DNA of 63,545 nt, filler included, from Octopus bimaculoides (taxonomy: Eukaryota), in the NCBI RefSeq assembly GCF_001194135.2. It is 6 parts of 6 records of this genome, joined end to end, with 100 filler letters (N's around TTAATTAATTAA, not from the genome) between each part and the next. Parts side by side here need not be neighbours in the genome. Positions count along the whole stretch, not along the records: positions 17,119 to 41,546 come from NC_068981.1; 5 more parts are not named here. The stretch is one strand, 5' to 3'. A program made the position numbers and the translations under genes. Positions 25,101 to 40,470 of this stretch are shown here, one piece after another; positions within the stretch are counted from its first letter, which is position 1; each line of letters begins with the position of its first letter. Below the pieces are notes generated by a model. That model did no database searches. It was not told where the DNA came from and saw nothing but the letters and a program-made list of their open reading frames with translations.

Positions 25101-27264
25101 TTAAATCATATCCAGGTTCATTTTGTCGTTTGTCCTTCTGCTGTTGAGGAAATAAGTATTGGAGACCATGTTGTTGTAATGACTGCTGATTATTTGCTGT
25201 GCCGTGGTTTAATTGGTAAATGAAAATATGTTTCTTGGCTGCTTTGAGAAAAATAACTTAAACAGTATCCATGAATGTTCAACTGGAGAATTTATTGTTG
25301 CACATAAAGACAATCTGTATTACCCATTTACAGCTAAAAACAGTAATAATTACAAACTGAGAGAGAGATACTACTCTGAGAGTACAGAAAGCTATTGGTA
25401 CAGTTATATGCAGTTGGCCCAATATATCTGAAATCAGCTGTGCTGTCTTTGTGACAATGGGGGTCCTTGGTCATTTGTTCGAGGCTGTCTCTGTAGGTCA
25501 TCTACCTTCTAAACTGCACATCAAATGGATTTTATAGGAAATTGGAAGCCAAATTCCAGAATGTTTGGTAAAATCCTGCCATACTAATTGGTCAATTAAT
25601 AGTTCAATCACATGAAACTGTGGTGGTTTGCTCATGATGTTTGACCATGTATCCAACGATTTAGTTTCAACTCACTGCTACAATTTATTAAACTATTTCT
25701 CAGAGGTGGTGCTCTGGTATAGCTGTAGTCCAAGAACAAAAATCAGTAAAAGAGTTTAATAATGGATTCAGTATCCATTTCCCTCTAAAATTAGTCTTTT
25801 GCCTAGTCAAAAAAAAAAAAAAAATCTTAATTTACGACACATATATTACACATTGACTTACAAAAATTAAGCAAATATTTACAATTCTATTGAAAGCATA
25901 TCCTACTTATCAGTTAAAGAAATAACATGAACACTGGTGAAGAAATGTCTAATTTCCTCTGGCATACTTTATTTTCTATCATTAAGTTTTCAACTAAGAA
26001 TGGTTGACTAACTTTCAGACATGTCTTTCATTTGCCAGAAATAGTTAATATGACTAGCAAGATAAATAGTAATTAGCTAGCCAAACTAAAGCTAGTAGTA
26101 GTTTTACAGTAAGTAATCAGGAAAAACAGTTAATAATAGTTAGGTATAGTAATTAATTAACAAGATCTAATGATTTAATGATTCAAAAGAATTTTTTGTT
26201 TATTTTCTAGATTATTCCCCACCAAAAAAGAAGAGAATTAAAGTACCTTTGAAACATATATATAAGTTTGGTGAATGAATGAGTGAGTATGCCCAACCCT
26301 AATGACTGGGTTGGGGAGGCCTCAGACATACCCACTCCTCCCTACTCACTGTGGTCTCATGTAGTTTCAGTACATTTCCCCACAGCCCTCCCATTCCAGT
26401 TCATGATGTTATTGTTCCATGTTTGTCTTTATCACTCACAAATCTGTTTTCTGTCCATCCAACCCTGAAAGATGTGGTTACTGAGGTTCTGAGCTCTAAT
26501 AACGGGGCCAAAATACTGCAGTCTTTGCTGCTGTTCATCATCGCCAACTTTCATTCTATTCCCATATCTCTGTGGACTGGATTATTCATCTTACAGACTG
26601 CCTAACAGAGCTACAGCACTTGCCTGTTGTATATTATCATGAACACCTTCTGTGACTTTGATAGGGACAACCAAAACATTTATTTAAAACTTATTGAAAA
26701 TGTATGAATAGATTTAGATTATATATTTGGCCCAAAGTCAAAAGAATTAGTGTCTACCAAAACTATGGAGTGACCACAAATTCCACTCCTTGTTGTTGTG
26801 TGTTGGCTTGTGTGTCTCAGTGACCATGAGAGTCATATCAACAGAGTGTAAGCTCTTGGTGTGGCTTCCCATGCTGGACAAATCAAAGGATAGAGGCCAG
26901 AATAATATGGACTATCTCTTCCTTGAGGTAAAAATGGGTTTGCATACAGCCAACACTCCTACCTAGTAAAAAGCAAAATTACAAAAGCATCGATGATAGT
27001 TCAAAATAAACAAGATCTTGTAGAAGGGTCTCCCTTAAGGAAACATATGACACACTACAGCAAAATCTGAAAAAAAGCTGCAAACTTCAAAAAGCAGGGA
27101 TCCAACTGGAAAGAAGCAGAAAAGACAACCCGAAGTTGAGAAGAGTGGAGAAAAGTCATTGATGACAATACTCCATAGGAAGCAGATGGCTTAAGTAAGT
27201 TTAACTATGAGGCTTTAAGAAAAAAAAAAAAACGTCTAGAGCCATTGAAGTAATGGATAGAATG

Positions 27265-27370
27265 TAGTGTGGTATTTGTTTGACTCTCTGTGCTCTGAGT
27301 TCAAATCCTGTCAAGGTCAACTTTACCTTTCGCCCTTTTAAGGTCAATAAATAAAGTACCAGTCCAGCTG
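27265..27370 (+). mobile_element. SINE family C
   Basis: gagttcaaatcc B-box followed by ggtcaactttacctttcgcccttttaaggtcaataaataaagtaccag. Confidence 0.6.
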
Positions 27371-27390
27371 CTGGCATGACTCTGTCTCTC

Positions 27391-27429
<39 letters not shown>

Positions 27430-29529
27430 TGAGCTGTCACATCCTGGTTTCTTCACTGGGTCAGTAGTAAGCAAACCAGGAAGGTAACTGTATTTGCTTG
27501 CATCTACATGGGTGGTACCTGAAACCATTAGCAAAAGTATGGTAATGAAGAGATACCAAATCATCCTCAATTACAAGTGATGACTGTGGAAGTTATGTCA
27601 CATGGAAAAAAAGAAAAAAATTTATAACAAAAGTATTACATGAACAAATTTACTGTAAAAACAGTATTACTTTTTAAATGGGTAAATCAAAATATATTTC
27701 ATTTAGCCATAACAATATTTTTTTCTTATGTTTGTGACATAAAAATATGTCACAAACTTGATGTTTAAAAAACTGATATAATTTAAACAAGTATGTCTCT
27801 GTACATTTCAATAAAAGTATTTTTAATTTCCATATGTATTTTATACTAAGCTACAGAATTTACTATCTTTCAGAGAATTAGTATTTTTCATAAGTATGTT
27901 AGTTACATAATAATGCAACTATGACAATGAGTATTCAATAAATCTATAATTTATTTCCCTGTTGGTATACAATGTCTAGCAAGTAAGACTACTGAACTGA
28001 AAGTACCTTCCCTTTACACTGGGTGAGTCTATTATATCAATATAAACTCCATATAGTCAACTAATATCATTGGAAAAGTTATAGGTATTAAAATATTTTG
28101 TTTCAGATATTTCAAAATACCTAATTTTATATCTCATTTACTTCACCTATAAACCTGTGTTAATTCAATCATAAATAATAGAGATTACATTGATAGTGAG
28201 TGTTGAACAAAATAAACTGTGATTAATTTCTGGATTTCTCAATTCTGAGTTCAAATCCATCTGGGTCTGATTTTCATCCCATGGGGATTGATAAAATAAT
28301 TACTGATAATATTCTGACTTCTAACATATACTACATCCTTTCTCTTTAGAAAATAGTTCTTATATGAACACAGATTTTAGTATTGGACAACACTTGATTT
28401 GGTATTGGACAATAACTTGATTTCTTTGGCTAGTATGAGGCCTTAAATTCACAGGGAAGGGTAAATGACATTGACCTTTATTTTGTATGTGTTATAAATG
28501 AAAAAGAATGGTTATAGCTAAATATGAAAACTGGGTCACAGACTTTGTTGGCTTTCCGGAAGCTTATCTCTACTATACAGCACAGACTACAAATAAGCTG
28601 ATCAATAGTAAAAATGGAGGAGACCCTAGTAGTTGTAGATGAGAAATCTATTATTATTAGCATTGGTGTATAAATAGCAACTAGGTCTTTGAATTCACCT
28701 TGTACCAGTAGGTCTTAGATGCTAGAACATTGATTTTTTTTTTTCAATGCTAGGTTATGAAAACATTAACCATTTCATCTAATCTGTATATGAGCCCGAA
28801 AAGGAGCTTTTACATGCTCATTTGACCTGCCAGAAACATCAGTCAAATCTCCTTCAGACTATAGTTTATTGTATTAAAAAAAAAGATACATTGGCAATGC
28901 AGTCAAAAGTACACTGAAATTGAAAAAAAAATGTGGTGGTCATGGCTGGAGAGTCTTTGAACATTGGGCAACCTGATCAAGTTTGACCCAAGGTTAAACA
29001 ACAACAACAACTACCAGCATGAGAGCCTCTACGAGTCACTAAAACTGCAAGAAATACTTGCCAAATCTCCCTCAAATCATATCTTAGATAAAGAATACAT
29101 TGGACAGTATAGGCTGAGTATAGCAGGCTGCATGTGACATGGCTCATCATCATCATGCAGACTGCACAACTAAAGAAAGGTGAAGGTACACCTGTGATTG
29201 TAGATTTACTCATTTGGTACTTACCTAGGGCTAAACAACAACTGATATACATGTTAAAATGTATATTGTGTTGTCAGTATAGAAAATCACCTCAATTGTT
29301 GAAATTATATACAATTATGATTGTCTTTCTGACATGAATTACTACACTGCATCTTAAATAATATTTCTATTGATTAAAAACAGATATATTAATTTTTATC
29401 AAATTTGAATGTTGTTTATCCAGATGGATAGTGATTAGCATCATTAATTTTCAATAAGAATACCAGGGTACATACATACCCAGCATTTCTAGACAGTATT
29501 GTGTGTGAGTCTTTTGTACAATACCACAG

Positions 29530-30900
29530 TTATCTCTGCTCTTTGGAAGTGACTGGTCTCATCCTAGCTCCACTCAAACACGCCCATCTCACTAATCTCC
29601 TTTTTTTGTCATCATTGATGTTCTCTTCTTCCTCACCCCAGTCTCTTACTACTGTGTCCAATCATTTCTTATTGGAATGCTGGCCAGCTGAAATTTTCTC
29701 TCTGCACATGTTTTTCCTACAGCCATCAACTTGCAACTTAAAAAAGAATGTTAACTCTGTTACTGTCATTAATCTTGCAAGATCTGCAAAGACCATGGGC
29801 ATGGCAAATTCCTCCAGACTAATCCAATAACAATAGTAAAAGCTATCCTTTACTTTCTAAATGTGAGGGGAGATATCTTCCCACCATATTAAATTGTTTC
29901 ACAATATATAATAAGTATATCAAGGTTATATATTATGGATTATGCCAATCCTTCTTAGCTTTATATTTTACATAGATCTCTTCCATAGTTCACTTCCAGC
30001 AAAAGGGTCTCTTTTACTCATGCAAAATTACTATCCAAAATAGTGCTTTCATGTATTGCAATACCTAAAAGCTGTCTCACCTACCAAACTGCAGTTGGTC
30101 CTTCCTAAAAAAGATCTTTAACAGTTTTGAGGAATCTTCCTATTTGTCTTTCCTTAACCAAGTTGGCCGCACAAGTTGTTCTTCTAAAAGAAAAGACAAA
30201 ACAAAAACCACCACATTTACTGCCTGCGTTTGTCTCCAATTTTACACTGCACACATTCAATAAAACTCTTCAAAACTTTTTCCACTCCACCAATCACCTC
30301 ACTACAAACACAGGCTTGTCAATTGCAAAAACAACTCTCGTTGGTTCCAACCAACAAGGTTACTGATTCTGTCAATATCCCTTCAATTATTCTCAAATAG
30401 TGCATTCCAGAAGTTGAGCCTAATCTTGCTAAACTCTCCAATCTTTCTCCCTCTATACTAGGATTTATTGTAATTTTCAGAAACATGCTCCAGCATGTCC
30501 CATCCACTACAAAGGCAACCCATTTAACCCTGCTTATTGTTTTCTTGCTCAGCATCTCAAAGATGATATAAATAGTCATTAACAATCAATTTTTCCAACA
30601 ACTGTATGCCCTTTGTAGAGCCAGGTCTATAGGGATTTGCTGCTCTCTATTGTCTTCCAGTAGCCTTTCATCCTTAAAAAGTTTATTGAAAGCAATCAGT
30701 GCACTTGGCACCAGTAAAAACTTCTATTATGTCTGGTATGAAAATCTTCCAGTTAAGTTGCCTCCCTATGGAGTCTATCTGTGTCTCATCTCCTAGATTA
30801 GATATTTCTAGTAAGACTACAAAATTGAAGTGAGCACTGATACAACTTTGTATGATCCATATTAAACCAGCTCTGCATGTCCTCAAACTTCAGTTATTCT
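29530..30900 (-). mobile_element. Decayed L1/Tx1-like LINE fragments
   Basis: Minus-strand remnants MKGYWK (resembling the GYWKFN motif after the endonuclease) and ELTFFFKLQ. Heavily interrupted. Confidence 0.35.
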
Positions 30901-31284
30901 TTTATTCTTTTATGTTCCAGCCTTGAAGCTGTGGCTATGCTGGGGGCACCACCAGTGGTATATATAATCTTTTGTACTCTTGCCTTCACCTCTAACAATA
31001 CTTACTTCTGCACAGATGATATCATCCTTTACTCTTCTCTAACTTTCTGCATATGGGTATTTTCTACATACTAAACTCGCACTGTTTGGGGAAAAGATAT
31101 TTCTACTTGACTGAAGTTGACCTGGGGGTAAAAGAAAACAATAACAACAGCAGCAACACTTTTGTTGCCACAACTACATTCATCACCAACAGATATATGA
31201 ACAAAGCATTTAAAAACTAAATTTAATTGTTTTAAGTGTAGCTTTATTGAATTTCATACCATTTTCTCACATTTAATATCATTG

Positions 31285-32282
31285 CTCGCTCAGTGTAAAA
31301 GGCAGACTGTATGAGGCATGCGTACGAACAGCTATGCTACATGGCAGTGAAACACGGGCCGTGACTGCTGAGGACATGCGTTAGCTCACAAGAAATGAAG
31401 CCAGTATGCTCCGATGGATGTGTAATGTCAGTGTGCATACTCGACAGAGTGTAAGTACCTTGAGAGAAAAGTTGGACCTAAGAAGCATCAGTTGTGGTAT
31501 ACAAGAGAGATGATTGCGATGGTATGGTCACGTGGCAAGAATGGATGAGGATAGCTGAGTGAAAAAGTGCCACACCCTAGCGGTTGAGGGAACCTGTGGA
31601 AGAGGTAGACCCAGGAAGACTTGGGATGAGGTGGTGAAGCACGACCTTCGAACATTAGGCCTCACCGAGGCAATGACTAGTGACCGAGACCTTCGGAAAC
31701 ATGCTGCGCATGAGAAGACCCAGCAAGCCAAGTGAAACCATAACCCGCAGCCTTTGCCAGGGGTGTAGCCAGCTCACTTATGCATACCTTTCCTTCATTG
31801 GATACTAAACTCTGCTTGCAAAGACCTGTTGAGGCAAGTGAAATCGAAATTGAAATCGAACCAAATTCGTTGACTGGAACCTATGCCAACCTTTCCTTCA
31901 TCGGACACTAAACTCTGCTTGTGAAAACCTGTTGGGGCAAGTGAAATCGAAATCGAAATTGAACCAAATACGATGACTGGCACCCGTGCCAGTAGAGTGC
32001 TATCAGCATTGTCCAAGCGTGATCATTGCCAGAGCAGCTGTCTGGCTTCCGTGTCGGTGGCATGTAAAAAGCACCATTTGAGCGTGATCGTTACCAGTGT
32101 CGCCTGACTAGCACTTGTGCCGGTGGCACATGAAAAAACATTCGAGTAAAGTCACTGCGAGTGCTGCTGGACTGGCTCCTGTGCAGGTGGCACGTAAAAT
32201 ACACCATTTGAGCGTGGCTGTTGCCAGTACCGCCTGACTGGCCCTTGTGCCAGTGGCACATAAAAGTACCCACTACACTCTC
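31285..32282 (+). mobile_element. R1 RTE LINE 3' part with repetitive 3' UTR
   Basis: SVKGRLYEACVRTAMLHGSET..LRWYGHVARMDED..GTCGRGRPRKTWDEVV..KTQQAK* (stop 31733-31735). An ~100-bp duplication follows (about 31788 and 31890), then ~60-bp units. Confidence 0.9.
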
Positions 32283-33564
32283 CAATAGTTTTAAGAATCT
32301 GCCATATAGTACCTATTCATCTGTACTACAGTATGGCAGTTATGGTAGTACGTGTTTAATGCATCATGATACAGTTCTTACTTAGTTGCATCACTGAATA
32401 GTAACTATTTAACTATGATAACTATGGAGTGTTAAGTGTTGTGCACATGGAGATCAGCCAGCAGACAGAAACTCTAGGCTCATGTAACTGCAACTCCACT
32501 CTCACTGTAGAAAGAACACATTGGGAAAATTAGTCTGACAAAAAGACAGGATGGACAAGATGAGAATGACTTTGATTATATGTCTGGTTGATCAGGGCTG
32601 ATTAATAGCAACTATCAAATTCTTTCTTAACTTGTATTTTATCTATTATTCAACCAAGAATCATTATGTACTTGCCATTGATTTCTTGCCATTGATTACT
32701 TGCCATCTATTTATTGCATTATAATATAAGAGGTTGAATTTATAGTGAAAATGACCAAGAATTCTCTAGATGCTTATGCTCTTAGTGTAATTTTCAAGAA
32801 GACTCAATAAGATACTGTATGTTATATGGCAGATTCTTAAAACTATAGGTGCAGGCCATCTGGTGACCTTCCTCATAGTTTCTGTCAAATTTGATTCATA
32901 AGGCTTGAGTTGATCCAAGGCTGTGGTTTAAAAAACAAAATTTGCCAAAGGAGCCACATAGTAAGATTTAACTTATTGATAGTTTGGTCTTACTTTGTAT
33001 CAATACATTTCAGGTTATAACTTGTCACAAGTTTTATACCATATTCAGCAAACTGTGACATTATTCACTCCTAAACTCATTGATACAAATAATTATAAAA
33101 TCAATCTCTATATAGAGACATAGTTCATAGTCTTAACTAACATGTACAAACCTGATACAATTTAAGAACTGTCACTCCTTTAACTCATTCAAGTTTATAT
33201 CTAATGAAAGAAATGTTTAGTAACTAAAATACAGCAGTTTAAAATTTTTGATTTTACTGTTGATGGATTAATATATTTGAAGCATATGACAAGTACTGTA
33301 GCATGAAAAATAAATTTTCAGTCATCAGAAACTAGAACATAATTTCAATCCTTATTGGATGTTATATCCTTTCCCTTACATTACAATTACTTTTGGGAAT
33401 AGTACACATGTTACAAAAACTGTTTTATTTTGCCTATATAAAACACATATTTGAAACTAATGCTGCTAGAAGTTCTGTACAATGGGTTCTACATTTCTGT
33501 TCCAAATCTTCATTGGGAATAAAATTTCTTTCAAGCTTCCAATTGCTGTCATTATTCATAAATG

Positions 33565-33735
33565 CTGAGTTGTTAGCGCACTGGGCAAAATGCTTAGCAG
33601 TATTTCATCTGTTGCTATGTTCTGAGTTCAAATTCCGCCAAGGTCGACTTTGCCTTTCATCCTTTCAGGTTTGATAAATTAAGTACCAGCTGAATAATGG
33701 GGACAATGTAATCGACTATCCCCCTCCCCGCTATT
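33565..33735 (+). mobile_element. SINE family C
   Basis: gagttcaaattcc followed by ggtcgactttgcctttcatcctttcaggtttgataaattaagtaccag. Confidence 0.7.
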
Positions 33736-35257
33736 TCAGCTATTTTAACAGTAAATCTTGACAATGGAGTGGTTAAATCAGGTTCACAGTTGCTAGCAAC
33801 ACTCTTGATAGTTGTCATACGTAACTAATATAACCATGAATAAGTATACAGAGAACTTGCTCAGTGAGTCTATTATTATTTATATATAAATCCAATTCAA
33901 ATATTTACTCAGTAAGCACTGAGTGGATGATATAAGGTTAAACTGGCGTAAATTTGTATTAATAATATATAAGCTACAATTGTTATGCATTCAAATAACT
34001 GTACAGATAAAAATTTCATAAAATGTCCTTGCCCTATATCACAGTATGAGTGTTAGAACTTCTGTTTCACCATTCCATATGTTTTCAATGTTTTATCCAA
34101 TAGTCTCTGTATTTTCATAATTATTGCATAGCCCCAGGCTAACCAATAACCAGATATTCCAGCTGAGAGTATCCTATCTTTTTGTATATCAGGAATTAGA
34201 TTGTCCAGTGTGTCCTTCCTTCTTTTAAGACACTAAGGCTTGATCTAATGAAAATTTAGCTATTAATTCAAGTAGATTTTGTTGGCTAGTATATTTTAAT
34301 ACTAAATCCTGCCAGTAAGTTAAAGCTGTCTACTATAATCTATTAAATGCTAGGACATGACCTGCTGGATGATGATATGTAATATGGCAACTCTGAATGT
34401 TCAATTCTAATTTATGCTTGAACTTTTATTTCTTCATTATTAAGTGTCTGACATGAAAAATAGTCTCATTCCTCTTCTAAACTAACAGAAATTAGTTTCA
34501 TCTGTCAGAGAAATAACTATTGTTCAGATGTAGTTTCTTCATTGCATAGACAACAATAATAGGCATCAACCAACCCAATTCATACCCTATGTGATGATAA
34601 TTGCTATTATTCCATAACAGCAATAAATTTACAGATACTTTCCAGTTTAGTTACGTTGTCATGTTTTTGTTAGATGTTGATATAGTTAAATTTGAATATA
34701 TCTACTAACAGCACTTAAGTTGGATTCATTTACACATCTGCTACTTGAAAACTATTAATGATACTTATCCAGAGTAGACTCCATGATTAAGGATGGGTCA
34801 TAGTTTCATGATGCTATTTCAGAAAGAAGAAGGAAGGGTGATGTGAAAATATTTATAATAGTTTTAATATTTTTTGTATTGCTAACAGTTCATATTTAGT
34901 GAACATTTCGGATGGAATTAAGTGAATTAGATTGGATAAACATTGTGATATGATTTAGTCTTCAAATATTGGCATCATCCAAAATTAACATGACTTTTCA
35001 CCCTTTGGTGAGGGAATTATTGTTTAACTCCAGGTCATCTCTGACTGTGCAGAGCAGATTTCTGAGTAAGTTATTTTAGTCATGACCACTCCATCTTCTC
35101 AGACAATGCTCTCAGAATCACGTTACCCAATACGTTCTTGTCTTCTAAGATGGTAGGTGTATGATTTGAGGGAGATTTTGCTATAATTATTTGCTGGTCT
35201 AGCAACTAATCAGAGGCAATCTCATTGGTTTGTCATCTCTCATTGGCTCAGGTCTCC

Positions 35258-35326
35258 AACAACAACAACAACAACAACAGCAACAACAAAAACAATAACA
35301 ACAGCAGCAGCAACAACAACAACAAC
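35258..35326. repeat. (CAA/CAG)n microsatellite
   Basis: Visible triplet array. Confidence 0.9.
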
Positions 35327-35629
35327 CATCCATTATCGATAAGACTTCTGATATATCTTGTCATGGAGATATGATAACCTGAATTGTGTCTAACGATACT
35401 AAAATGTAAATATTATTTCTAGGATTAAAAAACACATTTAATTCTTTTATGAAACTAACTTTCTCAATATTGATTTTCCTCAATACAGATGCTTGTATTT
35501 GTCATGGATATAATCCATCTTAGAAATCTTCCTTTCATTTTTTTTATATTGCAAAAGATGTTTCAAGATTTAGCATTTTGTTGAGAATCAAAATACCATT
35601 CAACCCTTAGCAAATGCTGGTTGATGCCT

Positions 35630-37330
35630 CTTACGCCCAATTTTTCTCTCAATACATTTGCACTTTGTTGTATGTGAACACAAATTGCACATCCAATGGA
35701 GCATACTAGCTTCCATTTCTAGTTTACACATGTCCTCTGCATTCACAGTCCATGTTTCAATACCTTGTAGTATTGCTGTTCATACATGAGCTTCATATAT
35801 TCTGTCTTTCACTTTCTGAGAGGAACCTTTTGTTATTGACAGAGGCAACATCCCTCTGAACTTTCTCTAGCCAGTTTGTATTCTAGCAACTATACTTTCA
35901 GAACATCCTCCTTCATAACTAATTAAGACACCTAGATAACAGAAACTATTAATAACCCCTAAGTGCTATCCATAAGAAAATCTATTTTCCACACATTCTT
36001 AATGCTTATTCCTCCTGTATATTTGCCACAAAGTTTACTTTTTCTCTTAATCTTCCAGTTATTCTACTACACTGTACCTCTTGTATGTCCATAACTTGCA
36101 CTAGGTAAACCATATGAAATTCATACCTATATAATTTCTACATGTTGGACATGGCTAGTGAAGGTGCATGGCTCAGTGGTTAGAGCGTCGAGCTTACGAT
36201 CGCGAGGTTGTGAGTTCAAATCCTGGGCCTGGGTTTTGTGTTGTGTTCTTGAGCAAGACACTTTATTTCACGTTGCTCCAGTTCACTCAGCTGTAGAAAT
36301 GAGTTGCGACGTCACAGGTGCCAAGCTGTATCGGCCTTTGCCTTACCCTTGGATAACACTGGTGGCATGGAAAAGGGAGGCCGGTATTCATGAGCAACTG
36401 CTGGTCTTCCATAAACAACCTTGCCCGGACTTGTACCTGGGAGGGTAACTTTCTCGGTGCAATCCCATGGTCAGTCATGACTGAAGGGGGTCTCAGCTCA
36501 GGACATGACTATTTTCCTGAAAAGGATTAGCATCTTGCTTCTTTTCCTGCTTACTAGAACTTTGGCCTTTGATAAGTTAACTTTAAGGACTTTTGATTCC
36601 AGGTTTTGCTTTCATGTTTGGAATTTCTTTTCTAATTCTACTACAAATTTAGCTTGAAGAAGAAGGCTATGAAAATAAAGGAATTCCAATGGGCAACCAG
36701 TCTTAAACTCCTCTGATATGGCCTGGAAAACAATGATATTATGGAGGAGACTGAGAACTGAGCCCTAGTGAACTTCTACCTGCACACTAAATTCATTGTT
36801 GTATCATTGCTAACTCTCACTTTACTGACAGTACTCACCAACTATCCATTTGTCTATTCCTAGCTTCCACAGTGATCACCGTATCAGAGAATAAGGGACC
36901 CTATCAAAAGCTTTCTCCAGGTCAATAAATGCCAGTTACAGCAATTTACTTTTGGCTAAATACTTCTACAGCTACGTTACATCAGTAGTACTTCTGCCTG
37001 GCATAAAACCAAGCTGCACCTCATCTAGACTAATTCTCAAGCTAACAAGCTGAGCTACAACTCTTTCTATAACTTTCATGACCTGGTCAGCAATATGATA
37101 CCTCTGAGGCATTTTCTTTATCCTTACAGTTGACTATAATGCTGCTATATCAGTAATCAGTATGATACCTTCCCATACTATATGATACCTTCCATTAACT
37201 ATACTGGTGACTAGACTGTATTACACTCCACTAAATATTTAAAGATCTCAGCAGTAGTTCCTGATGGACTGGGTGCTTGCCTTATCTTCATATCCCTTAC
37301 TTTATCTTACTGTACTCTGTAAACTAGAAT
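35630..37330 (-). mobile_element. Decayed R1 RTE LINE RT region interrupted by a SINE
   Basis: Minus strand SFCYLGVLISYEGGCSESIVARI..KVKDRIYEA. 36670-36800 is the reverse-complement homologue of the RT at 56426-56774. Confidence 0.75.
36158..36494 (+). mobile_element. tRNA-derived SINE, family B head with tail 2
   Basis: TGGCTCAGTGGTTAGAG..GAGTTCAAATCC, gttcttgagcaagacactttatttcac (as at 12170-12215), then a 3' half unlike the 11958 copy. Confidence 0.85.
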
Positions 37331-38494
37331 GAGCAGTCTCTCAGTCAGATTCACATTAGGAAGACTCTCTTTCTTTCATGCTTTCACGGCATTTAGTAGC
37401 TTTTGATATGGAAAAGTTCATAACTTGATAAACTTTCATTTGAAGTTTCAAGAAAATGAAAGAAACATTCAACAATAGCCCATAATACTAAAATTTGGCT
37501 ATAAGATACATTAACGAAAGTAGGAAAAGAGGAAAAGGAAGAAAAAAGGGTTACTATTGCGGAAATGTCATAACCAGAGAAAAATGCTAAATAAAATTTT
37601 AAACCTGCTATTTTCCCTGGTAAATGGTAGATTCAAAAAATTTTCTGCTAAATGCTGAAAAAAATGCTCAATCTAGCATAAAATATGCTAAATTGGCAAC
37701 CCTGCATTTTACTCCTTTGATATTGAAACTTCTCTTCTTGAATGCCTTAAACTTGACTAAACAAATGTGACTCTGTGTGTGTGTGTGTGAATGCTTAAAA
37801 CCTACACTGGGCTATGGTTAGAGATGGTGAGATCATCATTCGTAGCTCAGCTACAAGAGGTGACACCACATTTTGTGACTGGGTATCAATTAAAGATGTT
37901 TGTTTCTGTTCACAGACTCTATACTTTTGAATTTCTCTGGAATATAAAATCCCTTACTTGAAAAATCTTGCCTAAAATACCCCCGCCCACTTATAAGCCA
38001 TGTAAGCATAGAAAAATAGATGTTACTGAACAACCAACAAATAAAACATTTCATATTTTCTATTAAAATAATATATTTTAATACTGTCAGTGTTGCATAT
38101 AACACTTGCTTTGTAAAATAGCATTCATGTTTACTTTTTTATAATGTTTAAAACATCCTGTTTGAGACACATAGCATGCTACTACTTGAAGCTTATTTAA
38201 AGTCCATATCTCATTTATCTGGATTAGGTTGAAATTGAAGAACAAAATGAAGTGCCATTACATATGTGTGAAAGTCTTCATGATACTTATGATGTTCCTA
38301 TTTTTAGCTTTTATATTTCCAGTTCCGCATGCAGTAAGATTCAATATCTCTGTAGTGAACAATGTACACACACAAGCACGTATACATGCATACATGCACA
38401 CACTCATGCACACATACACAGTGGTGCAGTATGATAGGAGAGTAGTGTTAATAAGACAGAGAGAAAAATTTCCATGGTTTAAAATTCATAAACA

Positions 38495-38630
38495 GGTGTG
38501 GGCTGTGTAGTGAGAAGTTTGTTTCTCAACCACACAGTACCAGGTTCAGTCCCACAACATGGAACCTTGGACAAGTGTTAGCCCTGGACGGAGCAAAGCC
38601 TTTTGATTGGATTTGGTAGACAGAAACATG

Positions 38631-38674
<44 letters not shown>

Positions 38675-39200
38675 CTATCATGAAATATAAATAAACCACT
38701 GACTGTGTATATGTGAGATTATTGAGAGAAGAATTGGGACCATGGAGACAAGTTGCATATGAACTAAGAGGTACATGTCTCATTTGTAACACTTCACATG
38801 CAGATACAGGATTATTAACCATCTAGTCCACTTTGCTAAGTGGTTGGTTTTTAGGAAGAGCATCCAGCTGTAAAAATTCTTCCAAAACAGTCACAGAAGT
38901 CTGGTGCAGGCTTTGGCCTGGCTGGCTCTTGTGGTTCTGTCCCACCTATGCTAGCATGGAACATGGATGTTAACTGATGATGATGATGATGTGTCTGTGT
39001 CTTTATGATTGTTTGTCCCTTACCGCCACTTAACAACCAGTGTTTGTTTACGTCCTGTAACTTAACAATTTGGCATGGGAGATCAATAATAAGTACCAGA
39101 CTTAAAGACAGTACTTAGGTCAATTGATTCCTCTAAAACCCTTCATACCTGTGCCCCAGCATGGCCAGTGTCCAATGACTGAAACAAGTGAAAGTAAAAG
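38495..39200 (+). mobile_element. Old family A SINE split by (GT)n and an antisense R1 tail (about 38840-38990)
   Basis: Head at 38495-38630; body and tail (catggccagtgtccaatgactgaaacaag) at 38990-39200. Confidence 0.6.
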
Positions 39201-39864
39201 AACTACCTCACTTCCCCCACATATGTCTTGTTGGAAATGTATAAATGTGGGTGAATTCTAACATAGGTTTATTTTGAATGAGCATACGGTTCTAATATTA
39301 GCAATGATGACAACAGGTGGCATGATATTCAAAATGTGTGTATTAGCACATTAACAGAAAGATACTGTCAACTTGCCAAACTTTCATATATGAGGACAAT
39401 ATTTTAATGAAAGCAGCCAGACTTTTATTTAACTGCCAAGCAACAGAGGCCTGTTTGTGTAAAATAAAGCCCATTGATTTAAGACTTCTTATATTGGGAA
39501 TTACCATAATCTTTTTATAAAATGTGTAGCAAACCTAGTTCATTTGCAAACAATTCAACCTCAGAAAGAATAAACATATTAAGTTGTCCTCAATGTGTCT
39601 GCTTCAAAACCAGAGTTCCAAAATACACTTGTCTGTAAAATACTAATTAGGTAAAAGTTGCAATAAAATATCTTTTAGCTATTTTCTTCTTTTTTTCCTT
39701 TTTACCTGTGGCAATCATTGGGCTGCTGCTATACTGAGGCACCACCTTGAAGGGTTTGGGTTGAAGAAATCAACCCCAGAACTTACTCTATCAGTTTCAT
39801 ATGTGAAACTGCTTAGTTATGGAGCTGTAAATAAAACCAACTCCAGTTGTCAAGTGGTTGGTGT

Positions 39865-39866
<2 letters not shown>

Positions 39867-39947
<81 letters not shown>
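39867..39947. repeat. (CA)n microsatellite running into a gap
   Basis: Direct observation. Confidence 0.98.
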
Positions 39948-40418
39948 NNNNNNNNNNNNNNNNNNNNNNNNNNNNNNNNNNNNNNNNNNNNNNNNNNNNN
40001 NNNNNNNNNNNNNNNNNNNNNNNNNNNNNNNNNNNNNNNNNNNNNNNNNNNNNNNNNNNNNNNNNNNNNNNNNNNNNNNNNNNNNNNNNNNNNNNNNNNN
40101 NNNNNNNNNNNNNNNNNNNNNNNNNNNNNNNNNNNNNNNNNNNNNNNNNNNNNNNNNNNNNNNNNNNNNNNNNNNNNNNNNNNNNNNNNNNNNNNNNNNN
40201 NNNNNNNNNNNNNNNNNNNNNNNNNNNNNNNNNNNNNNNNNNNNNNNNNNNNNNNNNNNNNNNNNNNNNNNNNNNNNNNNNNNNNNNNNNNNNNNNNNNN
40301 NNNNNNNNNNNNNNNNNNNNNNNNNNNNNNNNNNNNNNNNNNNNNNNNNNNNNNNNNNNNNNNNNNNNNNNNNNNNNNNNNNNNNNNNNNNNNNNNNNNN
40401 NNNNNNNNNNNNNNNNNN

Positions 40419-40469
<51 letters not shown>

Positions 40470-40470
<1 letters not shown>
